A stretch of 64,000 bases of DNA, taken from NCBI GenBank assembly GCA_951406725.2, contig OX597815.1, positions 23,560,001 to 23,624,000 of the forward strand, in the 5' to 3' direction. Shown here one piece after another: positions 24,952 to 38,886 of the stretch (position 1 is the stretch's first letter; every line of letters starts with the position of its first letter). A model generated the notes under the pieces. The model was not told where the DNA came from. It saw nothing but the letters and a program-made list of their open reading frames with translations, and ran no database searches. The DNA is from Octopus vulgaris (lineage: Eukaryota). Both the position numbers and the translations under genes were made by a program.

Positions 24952-25463
24952 CCGTAAATTCTCGTGTATAATCCGCATTTTTTCCCCGAAATTTAAAGGT
25001 CAAAATCCCTAGTGCGTACTATATACGAGGTTAAAAATGAAAATTATTTTCTAAGCAATGTCCGAGTCTCAATTTGCTGTCCGGCAATGTTTATTCAAAC
25101 ACATTTTGTGACGTCGGGGGCAAAAATACCTTAAGCTAAGCCTGAAAGCAATGAAGTCATAAAAGAATCATCCATAACTTGCAGTAAGCAACACTTATTA
25201 AACGTTATTACTGTTATTTCTTTATTTTCTGCAAACAAAATGCACAAAAAAGCTACAAGTTTGCATTATGTTATATATACAATAATAATAAAGGATGTTA
25301 CCGTATACAGTTTTACAAACCAAGGACGTTATATAGACCTCCTTGATTCAAGTTAGAGAAGGGGTGTGTATTATACACAAGGTTTAGGTTTTTCAGAGGA
25401 ACAGCCCCCTAAAAATCCCCTGCGTATTATACTCAATGGCGGACTATACTCGAGGATTTACGG
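24952..25463. mobile_element. Tc1/mariner superfamily (Tc2/pogo-type) MITE
   Basis: TIRs CCGTAAATTCTCGTGTATAATCCGC / GCGGACTATACTCGAGGATTTACGG, TA on both sides, and subterminal repeats. Confidence 0.85.
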
Positions 25464-25806
25464 TAATCTTGCTATTTTTCTATGGGGTGGAGGACTCTTC
25501 TTTAGTACAGCACCCAAATCTATGAGTATCTAAAAAGTGACTTGCATATCATGATTAGAATGGTTTATTCTTCTCTCTTGTATTTACATATTTTTCATGT
25601 ATTCTATATTTTATTCTTCTTTAGTCAATTTAAAGAGAAGATAAAAACAATACGGATAATGAATTCAAGTTTTCCTCTGCTGGGTGATGATTGGATGACA
25701 TTAATATAAGTTACTTTCATGAGATGTGTGTTTTAATATGTCTTCCCATTACAGGATGTTTAGGGAGATTTTCTTTATTGAGGTTATACATTCTTGACTT
25801 GAGATG

Positions 25807-26590
25807 CTTGCCCAGGATATTGACAGCGGCGAGCGAGCTGGCAGAAACGTTAGCACGCCGGGCGAAATGCGTAGCCGTATTTCGTCTGCCGTTACGTTTT
25901 GAGTTCAAATTCCACCGAGGTCGACTTTGCCTTTCATCCTTTCGGGGTCGATTGAATAAGTACCAGTTACGCACTGGGGTCGATATAATCAACTTAATCC
26001 GTTTGTCTGTCCTTGTTTGTCCTCTGTGGGTAGTAAAGAAATAGATATTAATCTTCTGGAAGCCGTTCAGCGACATGCAACCAAGAGAATACCCCCCATC
26101 AGGTATTTGCCATATTCTGAACGCCTTACTTCCCTGGGCATGGACACATTGAAACTCCAACGTCTGGCAGCTGACTTGGTAGACACCCATAAAATTATTA
26201 ACCATCTTACAAACAATAACTCTGAGCACCTTTTCAAACTCCACCTGTCTAACACCCGTGGACATGTTTACAAAGTCAGAAAACAGCACAGCTCCCATGA
26301 CTTTTGGAGACATTTTTTCACGCTAAGAGTTGCTGAAGTATGGAACAAATTGCTGGCATCAGTTGTTAGTTGTTGGAGCAATGCATCCTTCAAAACTTCC
26401 ATGCTTCCTCAGATTCGCCAACACTACACCTGAATTTCTCCCCTCCATACACAAGCAAGCATGTATATGACTCATACACTGTTCGCTTTCCAAACATTTG
26501 TACATTACTGCAATTGCTTTATATACACTTTTGACAAGTTGTGGTGCACCTGAGCACTGTATACAATAATTTAATGATTATTATTTTATT
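25807..26590 (+). mobile_element. CR1-like LINE 3' fragment interrupted by a SINE
   Basis: LAQ|DINLLEAVQRHATKRIP..YSERL..TRGH..FFTLRVAEVWNKL, then 3'UTR and ATT tail. Confidence 0.88.
25826..26044 (+). mobile_element. tRNA SINE nested in CR1
   Basis: Same family as 7276-7509. TSD GATATT at 25816 and 26045. Confidence 0.85.
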
Positions 26591-26732
26591 ATAAGTCACA
26601 TTGAGATGAGATTTGTGTGAAAAGAAGACATAACAATGTATATTGATGTTATCTGCATAGAAGCATGTGCTGCAACTGGAGTCAATGTGTAGATGATTAA
26701 TATAAAAAAAAGTATAAGTGTGAGAGCTATGG

Positions 26733-27055
26733 TACTCCACCAGTTATGACAATGACGGTTCCAGTTGATCTGATCAATGGAACAGCCTGCTTGTGAAATT
26801 AACATGCATGTGGCTGAGCACTCCACAGACACATGCACCTTTAACATAGTTCTCAGGGAGATTCAGCTTGACACAGAGTGTGACAATGCTGGCCTTTTTG
26901 AAATACAGGTACTACTCATTTTTGTCAGCTGAGTGGACAGGAGCAATGTGAAATGAAGTGTCTTGCTCAAGGACACAATGCATTGCCAGGAATTGAACTC
27001 ATAACCTTACAATCATGAGCCAAATACTCTAACCACTAAGCCACGTACCTTCATG
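26733..27055 (-). mobile_element. tRNA SINE sharing its 3' half with the 44138/62870 family
   Basis: Shares the GGAACAGCCTGCT..GAAATTAAC..GTGGCTGAGCACTCCACAGACAC block. tRNA-like head near 27050. Confidence 0.75.
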
Positions 27056-28614
27056 TGAGAGATACAACTGAGCCTTAAAGTTACACCAAACTTAATAAAG
27101 TTACTCAGGAGGGTTTAAAGACATGACATGGAGCGCCCATATATGAATGGATAAAATGCTGGTTTCTTTGTACACGGAAGCTTTCACTGCAGTCAAGGAA
27201 TCGAGTTTGCCCTTTATGCAATTTGGCAACAACTTTTACTTTCTCTCATGTTTGAATTAAATTCAACCCCTGAGTTATGGTCCTACTGAAGTCTTTTTCT
27301 TAATTTGGTATCAAATTTTGACACAAGGCCAGCAATTTTTGGGGAGCAGGTAAATCAATTACACTGACCCCAATACTCAACTGGTTCTTATTTTATTGAC
27401 CCCAAAAGGATAAAAGTATAGTCAACCTCAACAGAATTTGAACTCAGGTCATAAAGACAGATGAAATACCACAAAGGATTTTACTCAACTTGCTAATGAT
27501 TCTGCCAGTTTGTCACCTCCAGTCTTTCCTTAATACCATCATAATTATTGTCAACTTTGACTGATTTATGATCAAAAGCATTCTAGCCATGGCCATCCCT
27601 TCTTTTGAGGAGTATCTAACACTGTATTACTTTATGTGACATTCCTTTTTTTAAAAATAAGAAGGTGTCATCTGAAGGAGATTTGGATGCTATTTTTAGC
27701 AAATCAAGTGACTGTGTAGAAGTTTCCCACCCCGTTGATTACTGCTATCATTGTAATTTGTACTGGTATTTAGTGAAAGGGAGAGTCTGAGAGAGCAACT
27801 ATCATATATAACTTTTCAGACATAGTCAGTCCACTCAGAATTTCATCTAGTAGGTTTTTCGTCATAACTTAAATATCTAAACATTGACTCCTGAAAAGGT
27901 ACATTAAATAGCTGAAGTCACTTAAAATTAACTGATTTGTAGCATTTTATCCTTAATATGGATTACATTGATGTCCCTTATCCCTTTCTGCACTTTACAT
28001 TGGTATTCAGTTTCGGCATTGACACTATGTTCAATGATTAAGTTGGGCACTAGCCATTTCTGTAATGTAATTAAATATATTTTATTCTAAAAGCAATTAT
28101 ATATATATATGTGTGTGTGTGTGTGTGCGTGTATTTAATTGCTCATGCCAGTTAAATTAAGCTACCGATTTAATTACTTGTGCCAATTTAGTCAATCCTA
28201 AAAAAAAAAATTTAATACAAGATTTCCAGCCGATTTAGGTTCCCAGTTAAATTTTAAAAAAAATTTATTTGGTTTCAGAAGCTCTTAAAAAAATAAATAC
28301 CAAATGTCATCTCTATATGCTCAGGTGATATAGGTGCAGGTGAGGACAGGTGCAGACATGGGTGTGTGGTTAAGAAGTTTGCTTCTCAACCACATGGTTA
28401 CAGGTTCAGTCCAACCTTGTGGTACCCTGGGCCCCTTCTACTGTAGCTCTGGACCAACCAAAGCCATGTGAGTGAAATTAGTCAATGGAAACTAAGAGAA
28501 GCCCATTGTATACACACACACACACGCACGCACAAACACACATGTATATATAAGTATGTGTGTGGGTATATGTATGTGTGAGTATATTTGTGTCTCCTTG
28601 TCTTGACATTGAAT

Positions 28615-29015
28615 CGTCATCATCATCATCATCGTTTAACGTCTGCTTTCCATGTTAGCATGTGTTGGACGATTTTGACTGAGGACTGGTGAACCAGATG
28701 GCTGCACCAGGCTCCAATCTTGATCTGGCAGAGTTTCTACAGCTGGATGCCCTTCCTAATGCCAACCACTCCGAGAGTGTATAGTGGGTGTTTTTACATG
28801 CCACCGGCACGGGGCCAGTCAGGCGGTACTGGCAATGACCTCGCTCGAATCTTTTTACACATGCCACCGGCACAGGTACCAGTAAGGCGACGTTGGTAAC
28901 GATCATGCTCGAATGGTGCCCTTTTACGTGCCACCGGCACGGAAGCCAGTTGGCTGCTCTGGCAACAATCACGCTCAGATGGTGCTCTTGGCACCCTACT
29001 AGCACAGGCACAAGT
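28615..29015 (-). mobile_element. RTE 3'UTR fragment
   Basis: Modular UTR and (GAT)n tail. Confidence 0.8.
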
Positions 29016-29723
29016 ATTGCAAATGAATTCTATTCGTTTCCAGTACCCTGTGCAAACATGTCTGGCTATGGGGAAACATTACTTCGATTGCAAACAGTAA
29101 AAAATTAATGACAGGAACTGAATCTGGCTGTAGAAATATCTGCCTCAGTAAAAGAGTTTGCGTCTGACCCATGCAGGCAAAGAAATATGGACTTTAAATC
29201 AATGATGATGACAAGATGGTATGCCTGTTTATTGCTAATGGAAAACTATAATCTGAATGTGAAGCAACTGTATTTGAATAAAAAAAAGCGAAACCGAAAA
29301 TACATGAATGTGCTTAGTATTGTTTAATACTAAGTCACTTTAAAAAGGATTTATCTCTGATAAAAAAGAATCAAAAGGAAAAGAATAGAAGTGGTTGTAT
29401 TTATCATGATGCAACCACTATTATATAAATCAGACAACTTTGATGGAATGGAATTGGTAGAGAAATTACTAAAAGTGGGAGAAATGGCAAGGGAAGCAGG
29501 ACTCATAGAATCTTTTTATCAAGATATACTATAAAAGCATTCAGACAACCAGCAGCACGAAAAATAGTTTAAATGGCAAACCACTCTTTAAAATCACTCA
29601 TTCAAAGTGGTTATTTCAAACATAAAATTTCTATCTGAAACCAACTTTTTTGTTAAATACTCAACACTAAATTTCTGAAAAGTGAGAACACAACAAAAAC
29701 AAGTAAATAAATATGTGTTCATC

Positions 29724-29769
29724 AATCTATCTGTCTGCCTGTCTGTCTGTCTGTCTATCTATTTATCTG

Positions 29770-29866
<97 letters not shown>

Positions 29867-29876
29867 TTATCTATCC

Positions 29877-29927
<51 letters not shown>

Positions 29928-29938
29928 AATCTATCTAT

Positions 29939-29976
<38 letters not shown>
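29724..29976. repeat. (ATCT)n followed by (AT)n
   Basis: Directly visible. Confidence 0.95.
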
Positions 29977-29977
<1 letters not shown>

Positions 29978-30523
29978 CAAATAAGAATGAAATAAATAAA
30001 TAATAAATAAATGAAATGAAAAATATATAAATACATAAACAGACCTATATACAAATTAAGAAGGTTAATTGAATTTTATCTGGAGGCTATTCAATAAATT
30101 ATGTTTAAAACTGAGAGTGAAAAAGAAAACTGCTGCAGAAAATATGGAGAAACATTAGATTCCATTGTAGGCTATTTATTAATGATTTTTTTGCTGTTGT
30201 TGTAGTACAAGGCTCTTTGTGCAAGGGTAAATGGTATAATCCATTAAATCAGATTCAGTAGATAACTGATACTTATTTTAATCATCCCCACCACTACCTC
30301 TCCATAAGCACCACCCATTACCATTAAAAGTATGTAAAGTGATTCAAGGAAAAAGCTTGTATGTAGTCACTCGACTTCCTAGAAATAGCAGCCAAATCTC
30401 CCTTTAACTAAACCCTACTAGCTTTGAAAGGGACTCATTGAACAGTGTAATCATACATGTACAAAAGGATTGGATGGTCACAGTTGGAATGCTTTTGATC
30501 ATAGGTCTTGCTCAATCAGGGCT

Positions 30524-31462
30524 GACCAGCAAAAATTATGTAATGGTGCAACACTGATTGTGCACAAACCTCTGAGGAACTGCATTGAGGCAAATATTCT
30601 CACTGGTTGTGGTAAAGGTGACACCGTCTTCATTCCTCGCATACCAGTTATACCAGTTTCTGGAGAGATTACATCTTTTCTTTGGTGGCATATTTTTTTC
30701 AATATTGTAAACCAAAAATTATGAACATTGAAGAAACTATACAGTAATCTCTATCATTGTAAGCAGTTGTATGTGTTATATAATTGCCATTACTATATTA
30801 ACAAATAAAATAACACATACAACTCATTTATTATTAGAAGTTCATGTATAAAATTGATCTTTTTTTCTATTTCAATTATTACATGTTTTTTCTCTTATAA
30901 TAATATTATATAATTGCCATTGTTGTTGGCACTCCGTCACTTACGACGACGAGTGTTCCACTTGATCTGATCATCAGAACAGCCTGCTCATGAAATTAAC
31001 ATGCAAGTGGCTGAGCACTCCCCAGACACGTGTACCCTTAACATAGTTCTCGGGAAGATTCAGCATGACACAGAGTGTGACAAGGCTGGCCCTTTGAAGT
31101 ACAGGCACAACAGAAACAGGAAGAAAGAGTGAGAGAAAGTTGTGGTGAAATAGTACAGCAAGGTTCGCCACCACCCACTGCTGGAGCTTCGTGGAACTTT
31201 AGGTGTTTTTTGCTCAATAAATACTCACAACGCCAGGTCTGTATTAATAAATAAAATAACACCTTATTATTGTCATATAATAAACAAACAGAAGTTCATG
31301 TATGAAATTGATCTTTTTTCTACTTCAACTATTTCATATTTTCCTCTTATAAAAATACACACATACAGGAGGAGTAAATTATATATATAATAATACTTTG
31401 AATGTAGCTCCCAAGAAACAGTAAAAGTAATTACCCAATCAATGACAGGTATTACTGCTAGT
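30524..31462 (+). mobile_element. Helitron remnant (Pif1-like helicase fragment and decayed 3' end), interrupted by a SINE
   Basis: KLCNGATLIVHKPLRNCIEANILTGCGKGDTVFIPRIPVIP is a typical Helitron helicase segment. A CTGCTAG/T end lies near 31460 and there is an internal ~130-bp duplication. Confidence 0.7.
30927..31241 (-). mobile_element. 5'-truncated SINE of the 44138/62870 family
   Basis: Colinear with 62870-63180. Confidence 0.85.
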
Positions 31463-31475
31463 ATTCAATATTTGA

Positions 31476-31695
31476 CCCTTTCGTTACTGTATTTATTTTG
31501 AGATGCTCTGTGTCTCTCTCAATTACTTTAAGTATAACAAAGAATTTAATAAAATAATTTAGTTATCATTCAGCTAGTGTTAGGAACATAAATTGTGACT
31601 AAGGTTTGGTGGAAGATTTTAATTCAAAGCTTATGAAAACAAGACATTTGTACTCAGAGCTAGAGCCGGTCTCAGCTGGGTTGGTAACGAAGGGG
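31476..31695. mobile_element. TTAA-target (piggyBac-like) MITE
   Basis: TIRs CCCTTTCGTTAC / GTAACGAAGGGG flanked by TTGA and TTAA. Confidence 0.7.
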
Positions 31696-32043
31696 TTAAA
31701 GGCTGCTTTGACCCTGGAAGGCTTCTTTCTTCAATAAGATATTTATCAGATTATTTTCTATAAAAACATCATCATCCTCATTTAATGTTCACTTTTCCAT
31801 GCTTGGATTTGTTGAGGCAGATTCTTTACAACCAGATGCCACCCCATTCTTCAATTCACATCTATTTCCATCAAGGTATTAATTCTCAATGGATGGACAT
31901 GTTTACAAAGAAGACTGGAAATGAATGACACTACCTGTATGACGTTGATGCTTACTTACAACAATCACACAGTAGACAAAGAGACACACACACAATGGGC
32001 TTTTTCAGTTCATCATCATCATTCTTTAACATCCATGCTACTC

Positions 32044-32082
32044 CAGACTGATGATGAGCAATGACTCTGAAACTAGTCTCTG
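32044..32082 (+). ncRNA. Minimal type I hammerhead ribozyme motif
   Basis: CAGA-CTGATGA-T-GAG(CAATGA)CTC-T-GAAAC-TA-GTC-TCTG: canonical core, palindromic stem III ACTAGT and GUC cleavage triplet. Confidence 0.7.
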
Positions 32083-32329
32083 AATGTTGGCTTTGCTGGG
32101 CAGAGGTGCTTATCTCCCCTTTGTAAACATAAGGACACAAGAAATGTGTCAAGGCCAACAGGAAACGGTGTTTCTTAGGGCTAAATAGCAGTAGCATTCT
32201 TCCCTTTCATGGGACTGTCACATTAAGTTGACAACATGCCATCACTTTATTGTGCTGCTACTATATAAATCTCTCGGAGAGATTTAGAAATGTAATCCAT
32301 TGCTAGAGGAGCGCTAGAAGTACCACATG

Positions 32330-32691
32330 AGTGAGATCGTTGCCAGAGCAACAAGCTGGCCTCTATGCCGATGGCGCGTTAAAAACACCATTCGAGCGTG
32401 ATTGTTACCTGCGTCGCCTTACAAGTACTTGTGCTGGTGGCATGTGAAAAAAACATTTGAGCGAGGTCGTTGCCAGTGCTGCTGGACTGGCCCTCATGCC
32501 ATTGGAACATAAAAGCACCCACTACACTCTCAGAGTGGTTGGCATTAGGAAGGTCATCCAGCTGTAGAAATTCTGCCAGATCAGATTGGAGTCTGGTGCA
32601 GCCATCTGGTTCGCCAGTCCTCAGTCAAATCGTCCAACCCATGCTAGCATGGAAAGCAGACGTTAAACGATGATGATGATGATGATGATGA
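32330..32691 (+). mobile_element. RTE 3'UTR fragment
   Basis: Modular UTR and (GAT)n tail. Confidence 0.8.
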
Positions 32692-34553
32692 TTGTCTAAG
32701 TTGGGTGGTTTAACCAGGGCTGGAAAGCCAGTGAGCTGCACCAGGTTCCAGTCTGATTTGGCTTGGTTTCTCCGGCTGGATGTCCTTTCTAATGTCAACC
32801 ACTTTGCTGGGTGCTGTTAACATGGTACCAGCAAGAGCGCTCCAAAGTAGAACTGGCATGAGTGCTTTTTATGTGGCCCTATCTACCAAATCCACATAAT
32901 AAGACTTCAGTTGCTCCAGAGCTATAGTAGAAGACCCATAGCCAAGGTGTCATGTACTGCAACTGAACCTCATGTGGTTGGGAAGCAAATTTCTTAATCA
33001 CACAACCATAACATGGAAGTGAATAATCATATGACTGAAATTATAAATGTAATTAATAATAACAATTATAAACTAAACATGTTATTCTAGACAAATGACC
33101 CACATTTGATGTATTTATTCAGTACAGTTGTTGCAATTACTTTATGTTGTTTGTTTATTATTTGGTACTTGAATGCCAATGTAGCATTAGTCTGATAGAG
33201 TACAAGGCAACCTCACTAGTTCTGGTACCATGATAAAATGCATTTAGTACATTCTGTAAAATGGTCATCATACTAGTAGAGACAGTATAGGTTCAAAAGA
33301 TCTCTTTAGTTATTCTGAGGATATGGACACCTCCCTAGTGTTGGTGCCATAATAAAATGTATCTAGTATACTCTGTAAAATGGTTCAATGTTAGGAGGAC
33401 ATCCAGTCATAGATTCCTTACCAAAAATTGGAAAGTAAGAGTGAGACATGCTCCTCTGACCTATCTAAGTGATTCTGAATAAAAACAGGCTTGAACTGTA
33501 ACATGTCCATCTCATACTGGCAGGGAAAGCAAACATAAACTGATGATGATGACAATGGTGACAACGACGATGACAATGATGATGATAATGATGACAGCAA
33601 TGACAATGATAAGGTGGAGGAGGAGAAGGAGGTGGAGGAGTAGGCAGTATCAAAAGAGAATCAAACAATATTAGATTATCTGAAGTGATTCTCTGAAAGC
33701 TATGTTATCTTTCTCGTTTAATGTTAGTCCTAATGAAAAGACCTGTGATCAAAGGCATTCCAGCTTTGACAATCACATCTTTTTTTGTATATATAGAACA
33801 ATATTTTCTAATATGTCCTTTTTGTTTCAATTCCTACAAATATTAACAATTCCTAATAATATTTAATTATAAAAATTCATAATAATACTTAATTAAAAAA
33901 ATTATTTCTAATAACATTTAATTGTAAAAAAAAAAAAAAAACTGTACGATTTTAAAAAATATACATTGAATGGCTTTGGAGGTCCAGGAGAGTAAAATAG
34001 GAATCAAAGGTATCCATAGGCAAAAGATGGTTGTAAGCCACTGAGTTCCATCACCAGTCTTCAGAGCATACATTAATTTTTATTTTTTCCTTTCCCTAAT
34101 TTTGGAGTTTTTGAATAATCTTAGAAACTATCCTTATTGTGGCAGTAAAAAAAAGTTACCTTTTTGAGTTATACCAACTCATAAAGGCCAGTTTCTCTGT
34201 TTGATGACATATATATTCCTCACCTTGATGGGATGCCAGTCTATCACAGGAATTGTGGCAGTCACAGTATAGTATAAAACAGTGATTCCCAACATGGGCA
34301 GTACATGGGCATATGTATACATATATACATACTTAGTATTTCAAACCCACACTGTTATATTTAATATATCTAATTTGTTTATCTGCATAATTGCTTCTAT
34401 ATCGGCTCAGCTTGATCCCGCTTATAGCAATTCTTTACCCCATGAAATTGATACCTTCTAAAGACATCAGAGTCTAAGTTTGAATTATTTGAGCACTACT
34501 AAGTGTCTTTTATCCTGAGAATCTCTGGATCTCATCTGTGGACTATATGTATG

Positions 34554-34605
<52 letters not shown>

Positions 34606-34612
34606 CACACAC

Positions 34613-34648
<36 letters not shown>

Positions 34649-34652
<4 letters not shown>

Positions 34653-35065
34653 TCATCATCATCATTTAATGTCCGCTTTCCATGCTAGCACGGGTTGGAC
34701 GATTTGACTGAGGACTGGCGAACCAGATGGCTGTACCAGGCTCCAATCTGATCCGGCAGAGTTTCTACAGCTGGATGCCCTTCCTAACACCAACCCCTCT
34801 GAGAGTGTAGTGGGTGCTTTTACGTGCCACTGGCATGAGGGCCAGTCTGGCAGTACTGGCAATGGCCACACTCAAATGGTGTTTTTTACGTGCCACCTGC
34901 ACAGGAGCCAGTCCAGCAGCACTAGCAACGACCTCGCTCGAATGTTTTGTTTATGTGCCACCGGCACGGAAGCCAGACAACTGCTCTGGCAGTGATCTCA
35001 CTCAGATGGAGCTGTTGGCGCTCCACTGGCATGGGTGCCAGACATTGAATTTGGTTCAATTTTGA
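34649..35065 (-). mobile_element. RTE 3'UTR fragment
   Basis: Reverse-complement similar to 11920-12391. Confidence 0.8.
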
Positions 35066-35558
35066 TTGAACCATGGGCCCCTTTCAGTTCCTGCCAACCA
35101 AATCCACTCATAAGGCTTTGGTCAGGCCGAGGCTATATAGTAGAAGATACTTGCCCAAGGTGACATGCAGTGGGACTGGACCCAGAACCATGCGGTTGAA
35201 AAGCAAACTTTTTTACCTCATGGATTTCCTTTAGTTTCTTTCTATGAATTCCACTCACCAGGTTTTTGTCAATCTGGGTCTAGGGTATAAGGCACTTTGC
35301 TCAAGGTATTACACAGTAGGACTGAAGAGATAACACTGTCAAGAAACAAACTTTTCAACAACACCACCACACCTGCTCCTCACAACCATATTAATACTTA
35401 ATGTTTGAGTACAGATTAAGTCCATTGGTTTATAATTTTCAGGATAATTAACTTCCTTTTTTGGGAAGAAAGTTTTTAATACGACCTAGTTTTTGATTCT
35501 GCTCTCAACTGTTTCCACTTGTTGGCAATAATGTTTTTTGGAAATACAGGAACGAGAA

Positions 35559-35812
35559 TTGCTGAAGTATGGAACAAACTGCCGGCATCAGTTGTTAGTT
35601 GTCGGAGCACTGCATTCTTCAAAACTTCCATGCTTTCTGAGATTAGCCAACACTACACCTGATTTTCTCCCCTCCATACACACGCAAGCATGTATCTGAC
35701 TCATGCATTGTTCGCTTTCCAGACATTTGTACATTACTGCATATACTCTATACGCACTTTCTGACAAGTTGTGGTGCACCTGAGCACTGTATACAATAAT
35801 TTCATTATTATT
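35559..35812 (+). mobile_element. CR1-like 3' fragment
   Basis: Matches 26330-26580. Confidence 0.85.
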
Positions 35813-36585
35813 ATATATATTACCTAGAAATGTGAAATTTTATTCTCTTTTCAAAGATATTTTCTATTTTAAAATGAAATATAATTCATCTGTTCTTTTA
35901 GATTTAGGATAATCAAGAAATGATTATTATTATTAACACTAATTAGGCAAGTTTATTCCATCTGTTGTTTTAGATTTAGGATAATTTCATCGAGAAATGA
36001 TTATTATTAACAATAATTTGGCAAGTTTATTTCAAAATATTTGTGAAAAAAAAAAGCAAGGAAAAAAGATGATTAAAAAGAAATTAATTAAAAGATTGAG
36101 TTAAGATAATCAGAATAGTTATTTTGTTGCTAAGGGAATCAACTTTCTGAAGAAAACATCTGAGTTATTTTGAGAAAATTTTCTTGGGTGTTGCTTGGAT
36201 GTTGAAATGAACCCAACTAATAAGTTCATTTAAGTCTAGATTTAAGAAGATTATTCTAAAAACAGGTGAAATTATGTCCTCAGAATAATATTTAGCTTTT
36301 TTTGTTTATTTTCCCTTTTTTTATATTTATTTTTGTTTCTGCAGCAAAAGTATTCAAGGGAAGTAACTGTCACCTGATTGAAGATATTAAGTTACAGAAA
36401 AGGAGGAAAAGAGGTTCATGCATTTTTACAATAAATAAATAAATACATAAATAAATAAATAAATAAATAAATAATAAAATTAAAATGAAAATGGCAAAAT
36501 AAAGGGAACAGTTTTATGAAATCTTGATTTTTCAGTTCAGTAAGAATATAGTATAGAAATATGTCACCTGGTGAAATTATAGTTA

Positions 36586-37205
36586 TATAATGGGAGGCAA
36601 GGTTTACGATATAGGGTGAATATTGCCTTCTCCTATTAAATCTTGTTCTTCGTGTAGTTCAGGCTCCGGCAGGTGAAGAAAGATGTCTTTAAGTACAAAT
36701 GCAATTTACAACTGGTTTATTTACAAGTTTCACTGAATAGGTGAAGTTTGCATTCCATCTCAAGCTGTGTGCGTTTCATTGTATCTCCGTTAATGCAGGC
36801 CCATTGCCTCTGGAAATACAACATGCAGACAGGACTAGCTTGGAGACCCCAGCCAGTGAAGTGTGCTCAGCAAGAGCTTGTGGTGAAAAGAGAATGAATC
36901 TGTTTTTGTTGGGCCCTTATATCCAGTTTGCCATCGCAAACCTCGTGATCTCATCATCATCATCGTCATAATCATCATTGTTTAACATCCGCTTTCCATG
37001 CTAGCATGGGTTGGACGATTTGACTGAGGTCTGGCAAACCAGACTCCAATCTGATTTGGCTGAGTTTCTACAGCTTGATGCCCTTCTTAATGCCAATCTC
37101 ACGCATGGCAAATGGATGCAGGTGAGGTTTCGCTCCAGTCTCGGACATGGCAGTGGCTGCCGCAAGATCTCATCCAATATGGTACTGACTGCTTGTGCCA
37201 CTACA
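36586..37205 (-). mobile_element. Solo LTR (same family as 13307-13800) with a nested RTE tail at about 36952-37096
   Basis: Shared termini and a 4-bp TSD GTTA. Confidence 0.75.
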
Positions 37206-37516
37206 GTTATGTAGAGACATATTTAAGATGTTCAAATGTACACAAACATGTTAAATTTGACTACATATAATTATGATAATATTTCATTCAGTACTGCTTA
37301 GTGTGCCTCTAATTAAGTAATATATATTTCTTTATTCTTCTAAATGACAAAGTTATTGTTAAAAAATTGAAATAATCATTTGATATAAATAATCCAATAG
37401 GTTACTAGTGCTTATTTTTATCAAACACCAAGCTGGAGAAACCAAGCGAAATCAGACTGGAACCTGGTGCAGCTCACTGGTTTTCCAGCCCTGGTTAAAC
37501 CACCCAACTTAGAAAA

Positions 37517-37830
37517 TCATCATCATCATCGTTTAACATCCGCTTTCCATGCTAGCATGGGTTGGACGATTTGACTGAGGACTGGCAAACCAGATGGCTG
37601 CACCATACTTCAATCTGATCTGGCAGTGTTTCTACAGCTGGATGCCCTTCCTAACGCCAACCACTCCGAGTGTGTAGTGGGTGCTTTTACGTGCCACTGG
37701 CACGAGGGCCAGTTAAGTGGTACTGGCAACAGCCATGCTCAAATGGTGCTTTTTATGTGCCACCTGCACAGGAGCCAGTCCAGCAGCACTGGCAATGACC
37801 TCGCTCGAATGTTTCTTTTTCACATGCCAA
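37517..37830 (-). mobile_element. RTE 3'UTR fragment
   Basis: Modular UTR and (GAT)n tail. Confidence 0.8.
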
Positions 37831-38886
37831 CACTAGTGGGATTTGAATTCCATACTATGAGATATGGAATGAAATATAAAACATTTAGTCTAGCACTTTA
37901 TTGACTTGCTTGCTTATGCTAGATCGAAAACCTTTATGAGAGAGAAAAATGAATGTTGTAAGATAACAATTTTGAATTGAAACCAGATCATAGACACAGC
38001 ACACCAAGAACTTATTTCTGAAGCGGTTGTCTCAATCCTGTAATAACTACCAGCTGTTTATACATTAAATCATGTCTTAAGACAGTGAGCTGGCAGAATT
38101 GTTAGCACGCTTAGTGGTATTTTGTCCATCTTTATGTTTGCATTCAAACTCCATCAAGGTGAACTTTACTTTTCATCATGGGGTCGATAAATTAAGTACC
38201 AATTGAGTACTGGGTCCATGCAATCGACTATACCCCTCCCTGCAAAATTTAAAGGCCTTGTGCCTATAGTAGAAAGGATATATTAATTCATCTTGCTTTC
38301 AATTTATACATAAAACATATTAGTTTTAAAGACCACACCTCTAAAGGAAAATTAAAATATAGTAAGGTGAATATAGTTGAGTATAGTCTTCAAGTTCTAG
38401 AACATAAAATCTAGAAGTAAAATAAGTAGAATAAAAACCTTGCATAATAAGAGGATAAGGATTGTAACTTTATTTCTATAAGAACAGAGTATGGATGTCT
38501 TGTTGGTTAAAGGAAGTTTGGTATTTTAAACTACACTCCTCTGCAGTATATATCTGGATACTGCAGGGTGTCAACACTTTTTGTTGCTAATATTTATTGG
38601 TTTCAAAGAGAAAGCCAAGAGGTCATGCACCTAATATTCTATTATATTCATCATTTAGCTTTTAACTGTTCTTTTATTAATTCTTCTTGGCAATAAATAA
38701 GGCTGAAAATACATTGAAGATTGAACATACGATATTAGTATAACGATATTACTTTAGAAGCAAAATGTAAAGCTAACTTTGATAGAATTTGTATTTAGAA
38801 AGTTGTAAACTGACAAGTATCTAATCTTCTAATTATGTGCTCCACAATTCTGATTAACACCATTACCTTATATATTAGTGAAATAA

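Noticed and set aside
27943-28002. Possible plus-strand hydrophobic micro-exon (ILSLIWITLMSLIPF)
   Set aside because: Weak splice sites, no recognisable homology and no partner exons.
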